Source: an uncultured Candidatus Rokubacteria bacterium | GTDB taxonomy: Bacteria > Methylomirabilota > Methylomirabilia > Rokubacteriales > CSP1-6 | Length of the DNA stretch: 64,000 bases | Direction: 5' to 3' | Assembly (NCBI GenBank): GCA_963762145.1 | Contig: CAVXJS010000007.1 | Coordinates: forward strand, 32,001-96,000 | Shown: piece by piece, positions 21,242 through 34,026 of the stretch | Position numbering within the stretch: position 1 is the first letter of the stretch | How the letters are laid out: every line of letters begins with the position of its first letter | Notes under the pieces: model-generated | Databases searched by the model: none | The model's input: only the letters and a program-made list of their open reading frames with translations | Told to the model about the DNA's origin: nothing | Position numbers and translations under genes: made by a program

Positions 21242-21937
21242 ATGGACCCCGACGAGCGGCGGCGCTATCTCGAGCCCACCCGGTTCATCGACTCGGACCA
21301 CGCGGACGTGATCGCGCGGGCGCGGCGCCTGACCGAGGGCTGCGCGAGCGACCGGGAGAAGCTCGAGCGCATCTACTACTTCGTGCGCGACATGCCCTAC
21401 GACATCCTCGCCTCGTTCCGCTACCTGGCCCAGGGTCGGAACCGCGCGAGCGACGTGCTCCAGGCCGGCCACGCCTTCTGCATGGGCAAGGCGAGCTCGT
21501 TCGTGGCGCTGTGCCGCGCCTCCGGCATCCCGGCGCGCATCGGGTTCCAGCAGCTCCACTGTCCCGACAAGCCGTTCATGTCCGAGGAGGTCCGGCGGCT
21601 GTGGGGCGACCGTACGCTGCCGCGGCATTCGCTCGGCGAGGCCTATCTCGACGGCCGGTGGCTCAAGCTCGACGCGACGATCGACGCCCGGACCGCCGCG
21701 GCCAAGGGACGGCCCTACGAGCGCCAGTTCGACGGCGAGCACGACATCCCGACCGTGGAAGGCCCGATCCTCAAGGACCTGGAGAGCCACGCCGACTACC
21801 CGACGGACGTCGCCGAGTGGTACGAGATGATGGCCCGCGAGGTCATGCGGGCGCTCGCGGAAGACGACGCGCACCGGCGGGTCGCCTCGGACGACGCGCT
21901 GTGGAGCGGCCCGCGGCCGGCCGCTGGCGACCCGTGA
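21242..21937 (+). CDS. Transglutaminase-like domain protein
   Basis: FCMGKA...[11 protein letters not shown] (Cys), HSLGEAYL (His), WLKLDAT (Asp). Confidence 0.88.
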   Translation: MDPDERRRYLEPTRFIDSDHADVIARARRLTEGCASDREKLERIYYFVRDMPYDILASFRYLAQGRNRASDVLQAGHAFCMGKASSFVALCRASGIPARIGFQQLHCPDKPFMSEEVRRLWGDRTLPRHSLGEAYLDGRWLKLDATIDARTAAAKGRPYERQFDGEHDIPTVEGPILKDLESHADYPTDVAEWYEMMAREVMRALAEDDAHRRVASDDALWSGPRPAAGDP

Positions 21938-23575
21938 CCGTCTCTCCCCTCGCGGGGAAGCCGGCGCCGCCGGAGATGCTGGTGGACGTCGTGGGGCTCG
22001 AGCGCGAGTACTACGCGCGCCGGCCCGACCCCGACGACCCGAACCAGCTCGTCGCGTTCGGGACGAGCGGGCACCGCGGCTCCCCGCTTCGTGGGTCGTT
22101 CACCGAGGCGCACATCCTGGCGACCACCCAGGCGATCTGCGATTACCGTCGCGGCCGCGGCATCGACGGGCCGCTGTACATGGGCAAGGACACGCACGCG
22201 GTGTCCGGGCCGGCCGAGCGCACCGCGCTCGAGGTGCTGGCCGCGAACGGGGTGGAGACGATCATCCAGCGTGAGGACGGCGTGACGCCGACCCCGGTCA
22301 TCTCGCATGCGATTTTGGTCTACAACCGGGGCCGCGGCGCGCACCTGGCGGACGGCATCGTGGTGACGCCGTCGCACAACCCGCCGGAGGACGGCGGCTT
22401 CAAGTACAACCCGCCCGACGGCGGCCCCGCCGACACCGACGTCACCCGCTGGGTCCAGGACCGCGCCAACGAGCTCCTGCGGGCGGGCAACGCGGGCGTC
22501 GCGCGGGTGCCGTACGAGCGCGCGCTCCGCGCCGCGACCACCCATCGGGACGATCTCGTCCTGCCCTACGTGAACGATCTGCGGCAACGTGGTGGACATG
22601 GACGCCATCCGCGGGGCCCGGCTCCGGCTCGCGGTGGATCCGCTCGGCGGCGCGTCACGGCCGTACTGGGAGCCGATCAACGCGGTCTACGGGCTGGACG
22701 TGGCGATCGTGAACCCGACGATCGACCCGACCTTCTCGTTCATGACGGTGGATCACGACGGCAAGATCCGCATGGACTGCTCGAGCCCCTACGCGATGGC
22801 CCGGCTCGTCGGCCTCAAGGACCGCTATCGCGTCGCCTTCGCGAACGATCCGGATTCGGATCGCCACGGCATCGTCACGCCCGGGGCTGGTCTGATGAAT
22901 CCGAACCACTACCTGGCCGTCGCCATCGGGTACCTGTTCGCGAGCCGCCCCGAGTGGCCCGCGGGCGCCGCGGTCGGCAAGACGCTGGTCAGCAGCGGGC
23001 TGATCGACCGGGTGGCCCGGAAGCTGGGCCGCCGCCTCCACGAGGTGCCGGTGGGGTTCAAGTGGTTCGTCCCCGGCCTGCTCGACGGCTCGCTGGGGTT
23101 CGGGGGCGAGGAGAGCGCCGGGGCCAGCTTCCTCCGGCGCGACGGCACCGTGTGGGCGACCGACAAGGACGGGCTGATCATGGACCTGCTCGCCGCCGAG
23201 ATCACCGCGCGCACCGGCCGGGACCCCGGGGAGCACTACGAGACGCTGGCCGCCGAGCTCGGGACCCCGTGGTACACGCGCATCGACGCCGCCGCGAGCC
23301 CCGAGCAGAAGGCCCGGCTGGGGAAGCTGTCCCCGGCCGCGGTGACCGCGTCGCGGCTCGCGGGCGAGCCCATCACCGCCACGCTCACCCGGGCGCCCGG
23401 CAACGACGCGCCGATCGGCGGGCTCAAGGTCGTGGCCGCGAGCGGCTGGTTCGCGGCGCGGCCCTCCGGGACGGAGAACATCTACAAGATCTACGCGGAG
23501 AGCTTCCGGGATCCGGCGCACCTCGACGCGATCGTGCGCGAGGCGCAGGAGATCGTGGACGCGGCGCTGCGCTAG
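21934..23575 (+). CDS. pgm: Phosphoglucomutase; frameshift around 22588
   Basis: [46 protein letters not shown]. Confidence 0.95.
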
Positions 23576-24756
23576 CCGCCGGTCCTCGGCGGGTGCGCGC
23601 GGACCGCGTCCTCGTTGACCTCGGTGCCCCAGCCCGGCCCGGTGGGCAGCAGCAGGTGGCCGTTCTCGATTCGCGGCTTCACGGTCACCAGGTCGTCCTG
23701 CCACGGCACCATGTCGGGATCGATCTCCATGATGCGGAGGTTCGGGACCACCGCGCTCCAGTGCGCGTTCATCATGGTGGCGAGGTGGCCGTAGAAGTTG
23801 TGCGGCGCCACGTTGATCTCGTAGGTGTCGGCCATCGCCGCGATCTTGAGCGACTCGGCCACCCCGTTCCACGGCGTGTCGATGATGGCCACGTCCACCG
23901 CCTGCTGCTCGAAGAACGGCCGGTAGTCGCGGCGGCCGAAGAGGCACTCGCACGAGGCGACCGGGATGCGTGGTGCGGCTGCGGACGTAGGCCAGCGCCT
24001 TCGGATCGCGCGTGTCGATCTCGACCCAGAAGAGGTCGTAGGGCTCCATGGCCCGCGCCATCTTGCAGGAAGCCCTCGGTCTTGTAGTTGAAGTTGAGGT
24101 CCACCAGGATGTCCATGCCGGGCCCCGCGCCCTCGCGGAAGGCGGCGAGCTGGCCGCGGATGGCCTCGAGCACGTGGCGGTCGGCGTTGAGCTCGGGGAA
24201 GCCGGCGCCGCGGGCGAAGCCGGGCACGTGCGCGCGCGGGTTGTCGCCGAGCAGGAGCACGTTGGTCTTGAGCGCGGTGTAGCCCTTGGCCACCACCTCG
24301 CGTGCCCAGCGCCACGATGTCGTCGAGCGTGCGCACCGGCGGGATGCTGCATCTCCTTGGCGCGGCTCACCCGGTAGGTGGCGCAGTGCGACCAGTACAG
24401 GCGGATGCGGTCGCGCACCGGGCCGCCGAAGAGCTCGTAGACCGGGATGCCGAGCGCGCGCGCCTTGATGTCGAGCAGCGCGTTCTCGATCGCGCCGATG
24501 GCCTGCTGGATCACCCCGCCGGCGGCCTGCCGGCGCAGCGCGTACAGCAGCGCGACGTGCGCCTCCTACGGGCGCGGGTCCTTGCCCGAGGAGCAGCGGC
24601 GCGAGCCGCGCGATCGCCGCGGAGACGCCGGCGCCGCCGAAGGACTCGTTGTACTCGCTCCAGCCGACGAGGCCCTCGTCGGTGGTGATCTTGAGGAAGT
24701 CGAGGCTGCGCCAGCCGGCGTCGGCGTGCAGCGACTCCACCTGCGGTGATCTTCAT
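23572..24756 (-). CDS. Mandelate racemase/enolase superfamily enzyme (galactonate dehydratase-like); frameshifted
   Basis: [60 protein letters not shown]. Confidence 0.88.
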
Positions 24757-24837
24757 CGCGTCTCCTTGGTCCACCCGGTGAGAGAGGCCCGGGCCGGCCG
24801 GGGTAGGCTACCGGAGGGACGATCAGGTCGGCAAGGG

Positions 24838-25503
24838 GTGCGGCCGCGCTCCGGGCTCGCCCTGCTGCTCGTCGCGGTCGGCTTCGCCGGCGCGGCCTGC
24901 CTCGGGCCGGTTCACGGGCTCCATCCCCCGCCGGCGGACGAGGCCACGATCACCGTCCACGTCGTACGGTACGGCTGGCACAGCGGCCTCGTGATGCGGC
25001 GCGACCAGATCCCGTCGGGTGCGTGGCCCGAGCACGACCTGTTCCCGTCCGCGCGATACCTCGAGGTGGGGTGGGGCGATCGCGCCTTCTACCAATCGCC
25101 GGACGCGGGCATCGCGCTCGCTCTCGAGGCCTCGTTCGCCTCGGGAGGCAGCGTGCTCCACGTGACGGGGCTCGCCCGCCCGCCCGCCGAGCACTTTGCC
25201 CGCGCCGAGATCACGCCGGTCGAGCTCTCCGCGGCCGGCGCGGAGGCGCTCGCCCGCTTCGTGTCGCGCGCCTACGCGCGCGACGCGTCGGGCGCGCCGA
25301 TCGACCTCGGCCCGGGCCTCTATCCCGGCAGCCGCTTCTACGCCGCGACCGGCCGCTACTCGCTCTTCCACACGTGCAACAGCTGGATCGCCGAGGCGCT
25401 CCGGGCCGGCGGCTGCCCGATCACGCCGGCCTGGGCCGCCACCGGGGGCAACCTCGCCTTCCAGGCCCGCCGGTGCGGGCCGTCCGCGCGGCAGGTTCCT
25501 TGA
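24838..25503 (+). CDS. DUF2459 (TIGR02117-like) protein, probable lipoprotein
   Basis: GWHSGL, YLEVGWGDRAFY, SVLHV, FYAATGRYSLFHTCNSWIA. Confidence 0.8.
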   Translation: MRPRSGLALLLVAVGFAGAACLGPVHGLHPPPADEATITVHVVRYGWHSGLVMRRDQIPSGAWPEHDLFPSARYLEVGWGDRAFYQSPDAGIALALEASFASGGSVLHVTGLARPPAEHFARAEITPVELSAAGAEALARFVSRAYARDASGAPIDLGPGLYPGSRFYAATGRYSLFHTCNSWIAEALRAGGCPITPAWAATGGNLAFQARRCGPSARQVP

Positions 25504-25579
25504 CCCAGCGAAATTCGGGCGGGTACTCTCGGCGCAGCCGCTCGGAGGCTCCGGCATGGCCGGGCGGGGAGGAGGGGTG

Positions 25580-27190
25580 ATGGGCGGCTCGCTGGCCGAG
25601 GTGCCGGGGCGTGAGGTCTGCGTGACGCGCTATCTGGTGCAGCGCAACGCGGAGGAGCACGGAGACCGGCCGTTCCTGATCTTTCCTGACGCTCCGACGC
25701 TGACCTGGCGGGGCGCGCACGATCGCGTCGTGCAGATGGCCTGCGGCCTGGCGCGGCTCGGCGTCCGCCAGGGCGAGCACGTGCTGAGCTGGCTGCCGAC
25801 CGGCGCCGACAGCATTCTCCTCATGCTGGCCCTGAATCACCTGGGCGCCGTCTACGTGCCCGTGAACCTGGCCTATCGCGGCCGGCTGCTGGAGCACGTC
25901 GTCCGCGTCTCGGACGCCCGGCTGATGGTGGCCCACGCCGACCTCGTGCCGCGCCTGGACGAGATCGAGCGGGCGCGGCTCGAGGCCGTCGTCGTCCTCG
26001 GTGGCACGGCCGCGACCGCGCTCGCGGCGCACGGCCCCGAGGCGCTGGCCCCGAGCGATCGCACGCTCCCGCCGCTCGCGCGCCCGATCGAGCCGTGGGA
26101 CACCCAGACCGTGATCTTCACCTCCGGCACCACCGGGCCGTCCAAGGCCGTGCTGTCGTCGTACTGCCAGGGCTGGTCGATGATGGGGCCGGAGGCGTGG
26201 CCGTTCATCACCGGGGCGGACCGCTATTTCATGACGATGCCGATGTTCCACGTCGGCGGCACCGGCCTGGTCAATTGCATGACCTTCCGCGCCGGCTCGC
26301 TCGTGGTGGTGCCGAGCTTCGACACCGAGCGCTTCTGGCCCCTGGTGCGACGCACCGAGGCGACGGTCGTCTTCCTCCTCGGCGGGATGGCGAGCTTCCT
26401 GTGGAAGCGCCCGCCGGGTCCGGACGATCGCGACCACCGGCTCAAGCTCGCCTTCATGGTGCCGCTCGTCGACGACGTGCCGGGTTTCGCCGCCCGCTTC
26501 GGCGTGGACGTGCGCACCGTGTTCAACATGACCGAGATCAACAACCCGATCGTGTCCGAGCCGCAGCCGCAGGGCCGCGGCTTCTGCGGCCGCCTGCGTC
26601 CCGGCAGCGAGGCGCGGCTGGTCGACGCCAGCGATCGCGCGGTGCCGCCGGGCGAGGTCGGCGAGATGATCCTGCGCACGGCCCGGCCTTGGGCGCTCAA
26701 CCACGGCTACCACAACGACCCGGCCGCCACCGCGCGCGCCTGGCGCAACGGCTGGTTCCACACCGGCGACGCCTTCCGCCAGGACCCCGAGGGCAACTAC
26801 TACTACGTCGACCGGGTGAAGGATTCGATCCGCCGCCGCGGCGAGAACATCTCCTCCTACGAGGTGGAGATCGAGCTCCTGGCGCACGCCGCGGTCCGCG
26901 AGGCCGCCGCGGTGGCGGTGCCGAGCGAGCACGGCGAGGACGAGGTCATGGCGGTGCTGGCGCTGGTGCCCGGAGCCCTCCTCGATCCGGCGGAGCTGAT
27001 CGAGTTCCTGCGGCCACGCCTCGCGCACTTCATGATTCCGCGCTACGTGCGCATCACCGCCGAGCTGCCGAAGACCCCCACGCAGAAGGCAGAGAAGCAC
27101 CGCCTGCGCGCCGAAGGCGTGACGCCGGACACCTGGGACCGCGAGGCGGCCGGCATCCGGGTGCGGCGCGAGAAGGTCGGCGGGACCTGA
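25580..27190 (+). CDS. AMP-binding acyl-CoA ligase (CaiC-like)
   Basis: FTSGTTGPSK, FNMTE, WFHTGD, DRVKDSIRRRGENISS, PKTPTQK. Confidence 0.93.
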   Translation: MGGSLAEVPGREVCVTRYLVQRNAEEHGDRPFLIFPDAPTLTWRGAHDRVVQMACGLARLGVRQGEHVLSWLPTGADSILLMLALNHLGAVYVPVNLAYRGRLLEHVVRVSDARLMVAHADLVPRLDEIERARLEAVVVLGGTAATALAAHGPEALAPSDRTLPPLARPIEPWDTQTVIFTSGTTGPSKAVLSSYCQGWSMMGPEAWPFITGADRYFMTMPMFHVGGTGLVNCMTFRAGSLVVVPSFDTERFWPLVRRTEATVVFLLGGMASFLWKRPPGPDDRDHRLKLAFMVPLVDDVPGFAARFGVDVRTVFNMTEINNPIVSEPQPQGRGFCGRLRPGSEARLVDASDRAVPPGEVGEMILRTARPWALNHGYHNDPAATARAWRNGWFHTGDAFRQDPEGNYYYVDRVKDSIRRRGENISSYEVEIELLAHAAVREAAAVAVPSEHGEDEVMAVLALVPGALLDPAELIEFLRPRLAHFMIPRYVRITAELPKTPTQKAEKHRLRAEGVTPDTWDREAAGIRVRREKVGGT

Positions 27191-27191
27191 G

Positions 27192-28412
27192 CTAGCGCAG
27201 GCGCGGGCCCGGGTCCATCTTCATGAAGACCCGGCCGCCCATCGGGTACCACTCCGGCATGATGGTGACCGCCTGAGCGACGACCTGGAGATCGCGCCAG
27301 CACTCGGCCAGACGGCTCTCGCGCCGGTAGGACGTGCTGCCACCCTGCCGGTACACCAGGTCCATCGCCTCGCGGGCGCAGTCGGCGGCGTGGACGGCGG
27401 CCAGCCGGCACCGGGCGCGCTGCTCCAGGGTCGTATCTTCTCCGGCCGCGATCGTGTTCCACGCCTCCGTGATCGTCGCGCTGCGATACGCGCGGCCCGC
27501 GTTCAGGATCGCGTCGGCCCGGCCGATCGCGTCCTGCACTTGCGGGTTGTCGCAGAGACGACTGGTCCGGCCGCGGGGCGTCTTCTCGACGGCCAGCTCG
27601 ATCAGCGCGTCGATGCCGGCCCGGGCGATGCCGGTGATCACGGCGCTGTGATGTGGCCCGACCCAGGCCTGCGCCGGCAGCGCGTACGAGATTCCCGGCC
27701 AGTGGCTCCACTGGTTGTCGAGCGGGACACCGGCGTGGACCATCGTCCGCCGCTCCGGCAGAAAGACGTCGTCGACCGTCCAGTCGAAGCTGCCGGTCGC
27801 ACGGAGCCCGGACACATCCCAGCTCCCCGCGACAATCTGCGCTTCGGCGCGATGGAAGACGCCGCGCCAGTAGACCGAGGCGCCATCCGGGCTCCGGCGC
27901 GGCTGGTCGCCATCGAGGATCTGGAAGCTGCCCAGCATCCAGGGGCTCTCCTGGCACCCGGTGCCGAATGGCCAGCGACCGGTGACCCGGTAGCCACCGT
28001 CGACAGGTACAGCCCGGCCGCCGCCCTGCACGGCAGTGCCGGCGACGGCGACGTCACCGCCGGGCCCGTAGATCTCCCGGATACCCCCTTCCGGCAAGCC
28101 GAGCGTGACCAGCTGCGCGATATTGTTGTTGCAGAGATTCCAGCCGACCGAGCCGGAACCCTCGGCCAGCAGCTCGACCGTGCGCAGATACGTGAGCGGG
28201 TCGGCCTGCAGACCGCCCAGCTCCCGCGGTCTCACGAGCCGGTAGAAGCCGGCCGCGTGAAACTGTTCGACCAGCGCCTTCGGCAAGCGCTGCTCGCGCT
28301 CGAGCTCATCGCGATACGCGCGGATGACCGACCGCAGCGCGGCCGCGGCCTGGACCGGGGCCTGAGCCTCGACGTCGGCCGGTAGACGCTTGTCGTCGGT
28401 AATCTGCCGCAT
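27192..28412 (-). CDS. Acyl-CoA dehydrogenase-fold flavin monooxygenase (HsaA-like oxygenase component)
   Basis: GRWPFGTGC, WDVSGLRATGSFD, GGSTSY, ECWRD. Confidence 0.85.
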   Translation of the reverse strand: MRQITDDKRLPADVEAQAPVQAAAALRSVIRAYRDELEREQRLPKALVEQFHAAGFYRLVRPRELGGLQADPLTYLRTVELLAEGSGSVGWNLCNNNIAQLVTLGLPEGGIREIYGPGGDVAVAGTAVQGGGRAVPVDGGYRVTGRWPFGTGCQESPWMLGSFQILDGDQPRRSPDGASVYWRGVFHRAEAQIVAGSWDVSGLRATGSFDWTVDDVFLPERRTMVHAGVPLDNQWSHWPGISYALPAQAWVGPHHSAVITGIARAGIDALIELAVEKTPRGRTSRLCDNPQVQDAIGRADAILNAGRAYRSATITEAWNTIAAGEDTTLEQRARCRLAAVHAADCAREAMDLVYRQGGSTSYRRESRLAECWRDLQVVAQAVTIMPEWYPMGGRVFMKMDPGPRLR

Positions 28413-28622
28413 TGGCCGGGATGTTCCGCTGGCGAAGCAGAGGTGTCAAGGGCGCATCCGCGCTACCGCAGGCGCGGCGCCTTCGGCGGGTCGCGGCCCA
28501 TCGAGCGAGGCGCGGCGTCGCGCGCCGATCCTGTCAGAGCGGGGACAAGTCAAACCGGGGGCGTCGAGGTGGCGTGTGCCGTGAGCCTCGACGCCCTCCG
28601 GTCGATCCGGTTCCAGCGGGTC

Positions 28623-30052
<1,430 letters not shown>

Positions 30053-30081
30053 CTCGCGCCCTCCTTATGGTATGGGAGTTT

Positions 30082-30167
30082 GCGAGCGCCGTTGCCCACA
30101 GCCGACCCGAGGGGTCGGCCGCTCCGAGCCTGGCGGGAAGGGCTCCCGTCGCAACGCTCCTCGAAGC
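30082..30167 (-). ncRNA. SAH riboswitch
   Basis: Reverse strand CGAGGAGCGTTGCGAC...CCAGGCTCGG...CAACGGCGCTC matches the SAH riboswitch consensus (pseudoknot GAGCG/CGCTC); lies in the ahcY leader; TATAAT at 30183-30188 on the minus strand. Confidence 0.9.
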
Positions 30168-30208
30168 TGTGTACCGGACACGATTATACATGATACAAGG
30201 AGACGGAC

Positions 30209-30746
30209 ATGCTCAGCGCAGTGGACTTCATTCGCGCCCAGCTCCGGCGGATTCACGCGGGCTTCGACAAGTCGCATGTCCGATCTCACGCCCGAGCAGC
30301 TCCACGCGGTGCCCGGCGGACACGCGAAGGCGAACACCATCGGGTGGGGCATCTGGCACTACGTGCGCACCGAGGACAACATCGTGCGCTGGGTCATCCA
30401 GAACCGGCGCCCGCCGATCTGGATGGAAGGCGGCTACGCGCGACAAGCTCGGCCTGCCCGCGACGGCGCAGGGCACCGGGCATGTCCACGGCGGAGGCGC
30501 AGGCGCTGCGCATCAGCGACGTCCCGCTCTTCCGCGAGTACACGGCCAAGGTGTGGGCGGGCACCGAGGAGCTGTTCGCGCGCGGCCACGCCCGAGCTGC
30601 TTCGACAAGACGGTGACGGTGAAGCCGCTCGGCGACATGTCGGTCGTCCAGTGCCTGGGGCAGGTCGGGCTCACCCACGGCATGACGCACCTGGGCGAGA
30701 TCGAGCTGGCGCGGACCCTGGTCGGCGCGAAGCCGTCGGCGGATAG
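30209..30746 (+). CDS. DinB family protein; frameshifted
   Basis: LTPEQL, NTIGWGIWHYVRTED, HGMTHLGEI; AAGGAG RBS. Confidence 0.82.
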
Positions 30747-30757
30747 CGGCGGCCGCC

Positions 30758-31833
30758 ATGCGCTTCGGCTGGCTGACCCTCGCGCATTCGCCGTCGGCGC
30801 GAGCCGACTACGCGGCCATCGACGATCTGCTCGTCCAGGCGTGCCTGGCCGAGGACGGTCGGCTTCGACGGCGTCTGGCTCACCGAGCACAACTTCACCG
30901 GCGAGGCGGTCTACTGCGATCCCATCCCGTTCGCGAGCGCGCTCGCCGCGCGCACCTCGCGCGTGCGGATCGGCTTCGCGGTGATCCAGCTCGCGCTCCG
31001 CCATCCGATCCGGCTCGCCGTGCAGCTCGCGCTGCTCGACAACCTGAGCCGCGGGCGCCTCGACGTGGGCGTCGGCCGCGGCTCGCTCTACAACGAGTAC
31101 GAGTTCGTCGGGCTACGGGCTCCGCAGCGACGACAGCCGCGAGCGCAGCGGCGGAGGCCCTCGAGATCCTGACCCGCGCGTGGACCGAGGAGCCCTTCGC
31201 GTACCACGGGAAGTACTACCAGATGAGCCTGCCCGCGCTGCGCCCGCGCGTGTACCAGCGGCCGCACCCGCCGATCTGGCGCAGCGTCGTCACGCCCGGC
31301 TCGTTCGCCGAGTGCGGGCGGCTGGGCGTGCCGATCATGACGTCGCGGCATGCCGCTCGGCGCGCTCCCGGCGCGCTTCAAGCTCTACGAAGACGGGCTG
31401 GTCGCGGGCGGGCACCGAGCCGGACCGCGAGCGGCTGCTCCGCGACGTCGCGGTGTGGCGCCACGTCTACGTCGCGGAGAGCCAGGCGCAGGCCGAGGAC
31501 GAGCTGGCCGACGCCGCTCGCGCACACCCGCCGGCACATGCTCCACGCGCGCGCGGCGCACAACCCCGAGGACTATCGCGTGGATCCCGCCGTGGTGAAC
31601 GCGTTCAACGACCCGCGCGTGTCGGAGGACGAGGCGATGCGCTTCGTCGATGGACACCGGCGCGCTCTGCGGCACCGCCCGACCGCGTCGCCGAGCAGAT
31701 GGCGGAGCTGCGCGACGCCGGCGTCCACCACGTGCTCTGCCAGATGAGCTTCGGCTACCTCGGGCACGAGCGGATCGTGGCGTCGATGCACCGCTTCGGC
31801 GCCCAGGTCATGCCCGCCTTCCGCGACTCCTAG
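30758..31833 (+). CDS. LLM class flavin-dependent oxidoreductase; frameshifted
   Basis: GVWLTEHNF, HPIRLA...[35 protein letters not shown]. Confidence 0.88.
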
Positions 31834-31835
31834 GA

Positions 31836-31924
31836 CTAGCCGCCGTTCGAGCGCCGGCTTGCCGGCGCAACCCCTTCTGGGGGGAGGTTCGGAGGGGGCC
31901 GTCGAGGCCCCCTCCGACGACTAG
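31836..31924. repeat. Intergenic double-hairpin element bounded by CTAG
   Basis: GCGCCGG-CTTG-CCGGCGC (31851-31868), G6 run, TCGGAGGGGGCC-GTCGA-GGCCCCCTCCGA (31889-31917), between convergent genes. Confidence 0.65.
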
Positions 31925-33916
31925 AGGTATTTCGCGAACCAGTCCAGGATGATCCGGAAGCGCTCCAGGCGGTGGCGCGGCTTGCCCGGAGCGCGAGAGC
32001 TCGTGGTTCTCGTCCGGGAAGCGCACGAACACCACCTCGCGGCCCAGCATCTTCAGCGCGACGAACAGCTGCTCGGCCTGCTCGATCGGGCAGCGCAGAT
32101 CGTCCTCGGAGTGGATGATCAGCAGCGGCGTGCTTGATGTCCCGCGCGTAGGTGAGCGGCGAGCGCTCGAGGTAGCGCGCCATGTCCTCCCAGGGCAGCG
32201 GGCCGCCCATCTCGACCACGTTGAAGAGGTGCCCGATGTCGCTGGTGCCGAACATGCGTCGGCGTGGCTGTTGACCGCGCGCTCCGAGCAGGCGGCCGTG
32301 AAGCGGGTCGAGTGCCCCACGATCCAGCTCGTCATGAACCCGCCGTAGCTGCCGCCCATCACGCCGAGCCGCGCCGGGTCGATGCCAGTCGAAGCGTCGC
32401 AGCGCCTCGTCGAGGCCGGCCATGCACGTCGGCGACGTCGCCGCCGCCCCAGTCGCCGACCACCGCGCGGGTGAACGCCTCGCCGTAGCCCTGGCTGCCG
32501 CGCGGGTTGGCGTAGATCACCGCGTAGCCGGCGCCGGCGTAGACCTGGAACTCGTCGAAGAAGCCGTAGCCGTACTGGGCGTGCGGGCCGCCGTGGATGT
32601 TCAGGAGCCCGGGTAGCGGCGCCGCCCGCGCTTCGCGCCGGGCGGCAGCATCACCCAGGCGTCGACGTCGAAGCCGTCCCGCTCGAAGCGGAAGCGCTCG
32701 GGGCGGCTCGAGCGCGACCTCGCCTTGCCAGGCGCGGTTCAGATCGGTGAGGCGGCTGCTCGCCGCGCGCCGTCCGCCGTTGCAGACGAAGATCTCGGCC
32801 GGGGCAGTCGGCTCGCTGGCCGCGAACGCGAGGAGTGCGGCCGTCCGCGGACGCCGAGAAGCCGGTGATCACGCGCTCGCCGCCGACGACGCGGCGTCAC
32901 CGGCGCCGCTCGCGGCGGCACCGGTAGACGCCGAGCCGTCCCTCGGTCCTCCGCGGCCGAAGAGACGCGGCGATCCGTCGGGCGACCAGATCGGCGCCTC
33001 GCCGAGCGGCCCGCACGATCGATCGAGTCGGCGCGGACAGCGCGACGGGCGCGCCGCCCGCGACGGGACGGCGAAGCACGCGGACGTTGCGCCCGAAGGC
33101 GTTGAGCTCGCGCGCGCCCGAGGTAGGCGAGGCGTGCGCCGTCCGGCGAGAAGCGCGGGTGGCCGCGGGGCCCGCGGTGTCGGTCACGCCGGCGCGCGGC
33201 TCGCCGCCCGCTCGGCGGGCACGACCCAGATGTCGCTGCCGTCGTCGCGGTCGCGCGTCGTCGTGGCGCGCCGAGGTGAACGCGATCGCGCGGCCGTCGG
33301 GCGACCACGCGGGATCGCCGTCGACGATGTCGCCGTCGGTGATCTGGCGCGGCTCGCCGCCGTCGGCGGACACGCACGAAGACGTGCGGGCGGCGGTCGT
33401 AGGTGAAGCCCTCGCCGTTGAACCGGTACTTCATCGTGGTGATCACGCGCGCGCGGACTGGACTTGCGCCTGCTCCTCCTCGGTGGCTCGGGCTCGGGCG
33501 CGCCGCCCACTCGCGAGGCGAACGCGAGGCGCGTGCCATCGGGCGACCACGCGGGCGCGCTCACGCCGTTGGCGGAGCTCGGTGAGCCGAACCGGCTCGC
33601 CGCCGTCGGCGCGGCATGACGTGGAGCTGCGCCTTTCTTGCCGGGCTCGCGCTCGGAGATGAACGCCAGGCGGGTGCCGTCGGGCGACCAGCGCGGCGAC
33701 GGTGTCGCGCCGCGGGCCCGCCGTGAAGCGGCGCGGCTCGCCGCCCGCCGTCGCTCACCATCCAGATGTTCGAGAGGTACTCGTCGCGCTCCTCGGAGAG
33801 CTCGTGACCACGAAGGCGACCAGCCGCCCATCCGGCGAGATCTGCGGGTCGCTGACAAAGCGGATGCGGGTGAGATCCTGCGGCACCATCGCGCGCGGGG
33901 TGGGCATGGGGCGCAT
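31921..33916 (-). CDS. S9 family peptidase with WD40/PD40 propeller; heavily frameshifted
   Basis: DPQISPDG and WSPDG repeats, IHGGPH, NPRGS, GGSYGG, DLRCP, ENHELSR. Confidence 0.9.
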
Positions 33917-33936
33917 GATCCGCCAGGGTCCCCATC

Positions 33937-33966
33937 TTGACAAGCGTCGAAGCCCGGCCGTATCGT
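33937..33966 (+). promoter_or_regulatory. Putative sigma70 promoter
   Basis: TTGACA-N18-TATCGT upstream of the gene at 34027. Confidence 0.5.
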
Positions 33967-34026
33967 CCGGCCGACACGGTGCTCGCCGGTCCGACCCTCA
34001 CCGCGCCCTGACAGGGGAGGTTCACC

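Noticed and set aside
20191-24087. 1298-aa ORF as a giant fusion protein
   Set aside because: Only the N-terminal half of pgm is real; the rest is off-frame read-through.
24838-25503. Functional link between the DUF2459 'urease-associated' gene and the UreE-like gene
   Set aside because: They are 14 kb apart with unrelated genes between, and no urease is present.
32400-33850. Repeated GGCGACCA motifs as a DNA repeat array
   Set aside because: They encode the WSPDG propeller repeats of the S9 peptidase.
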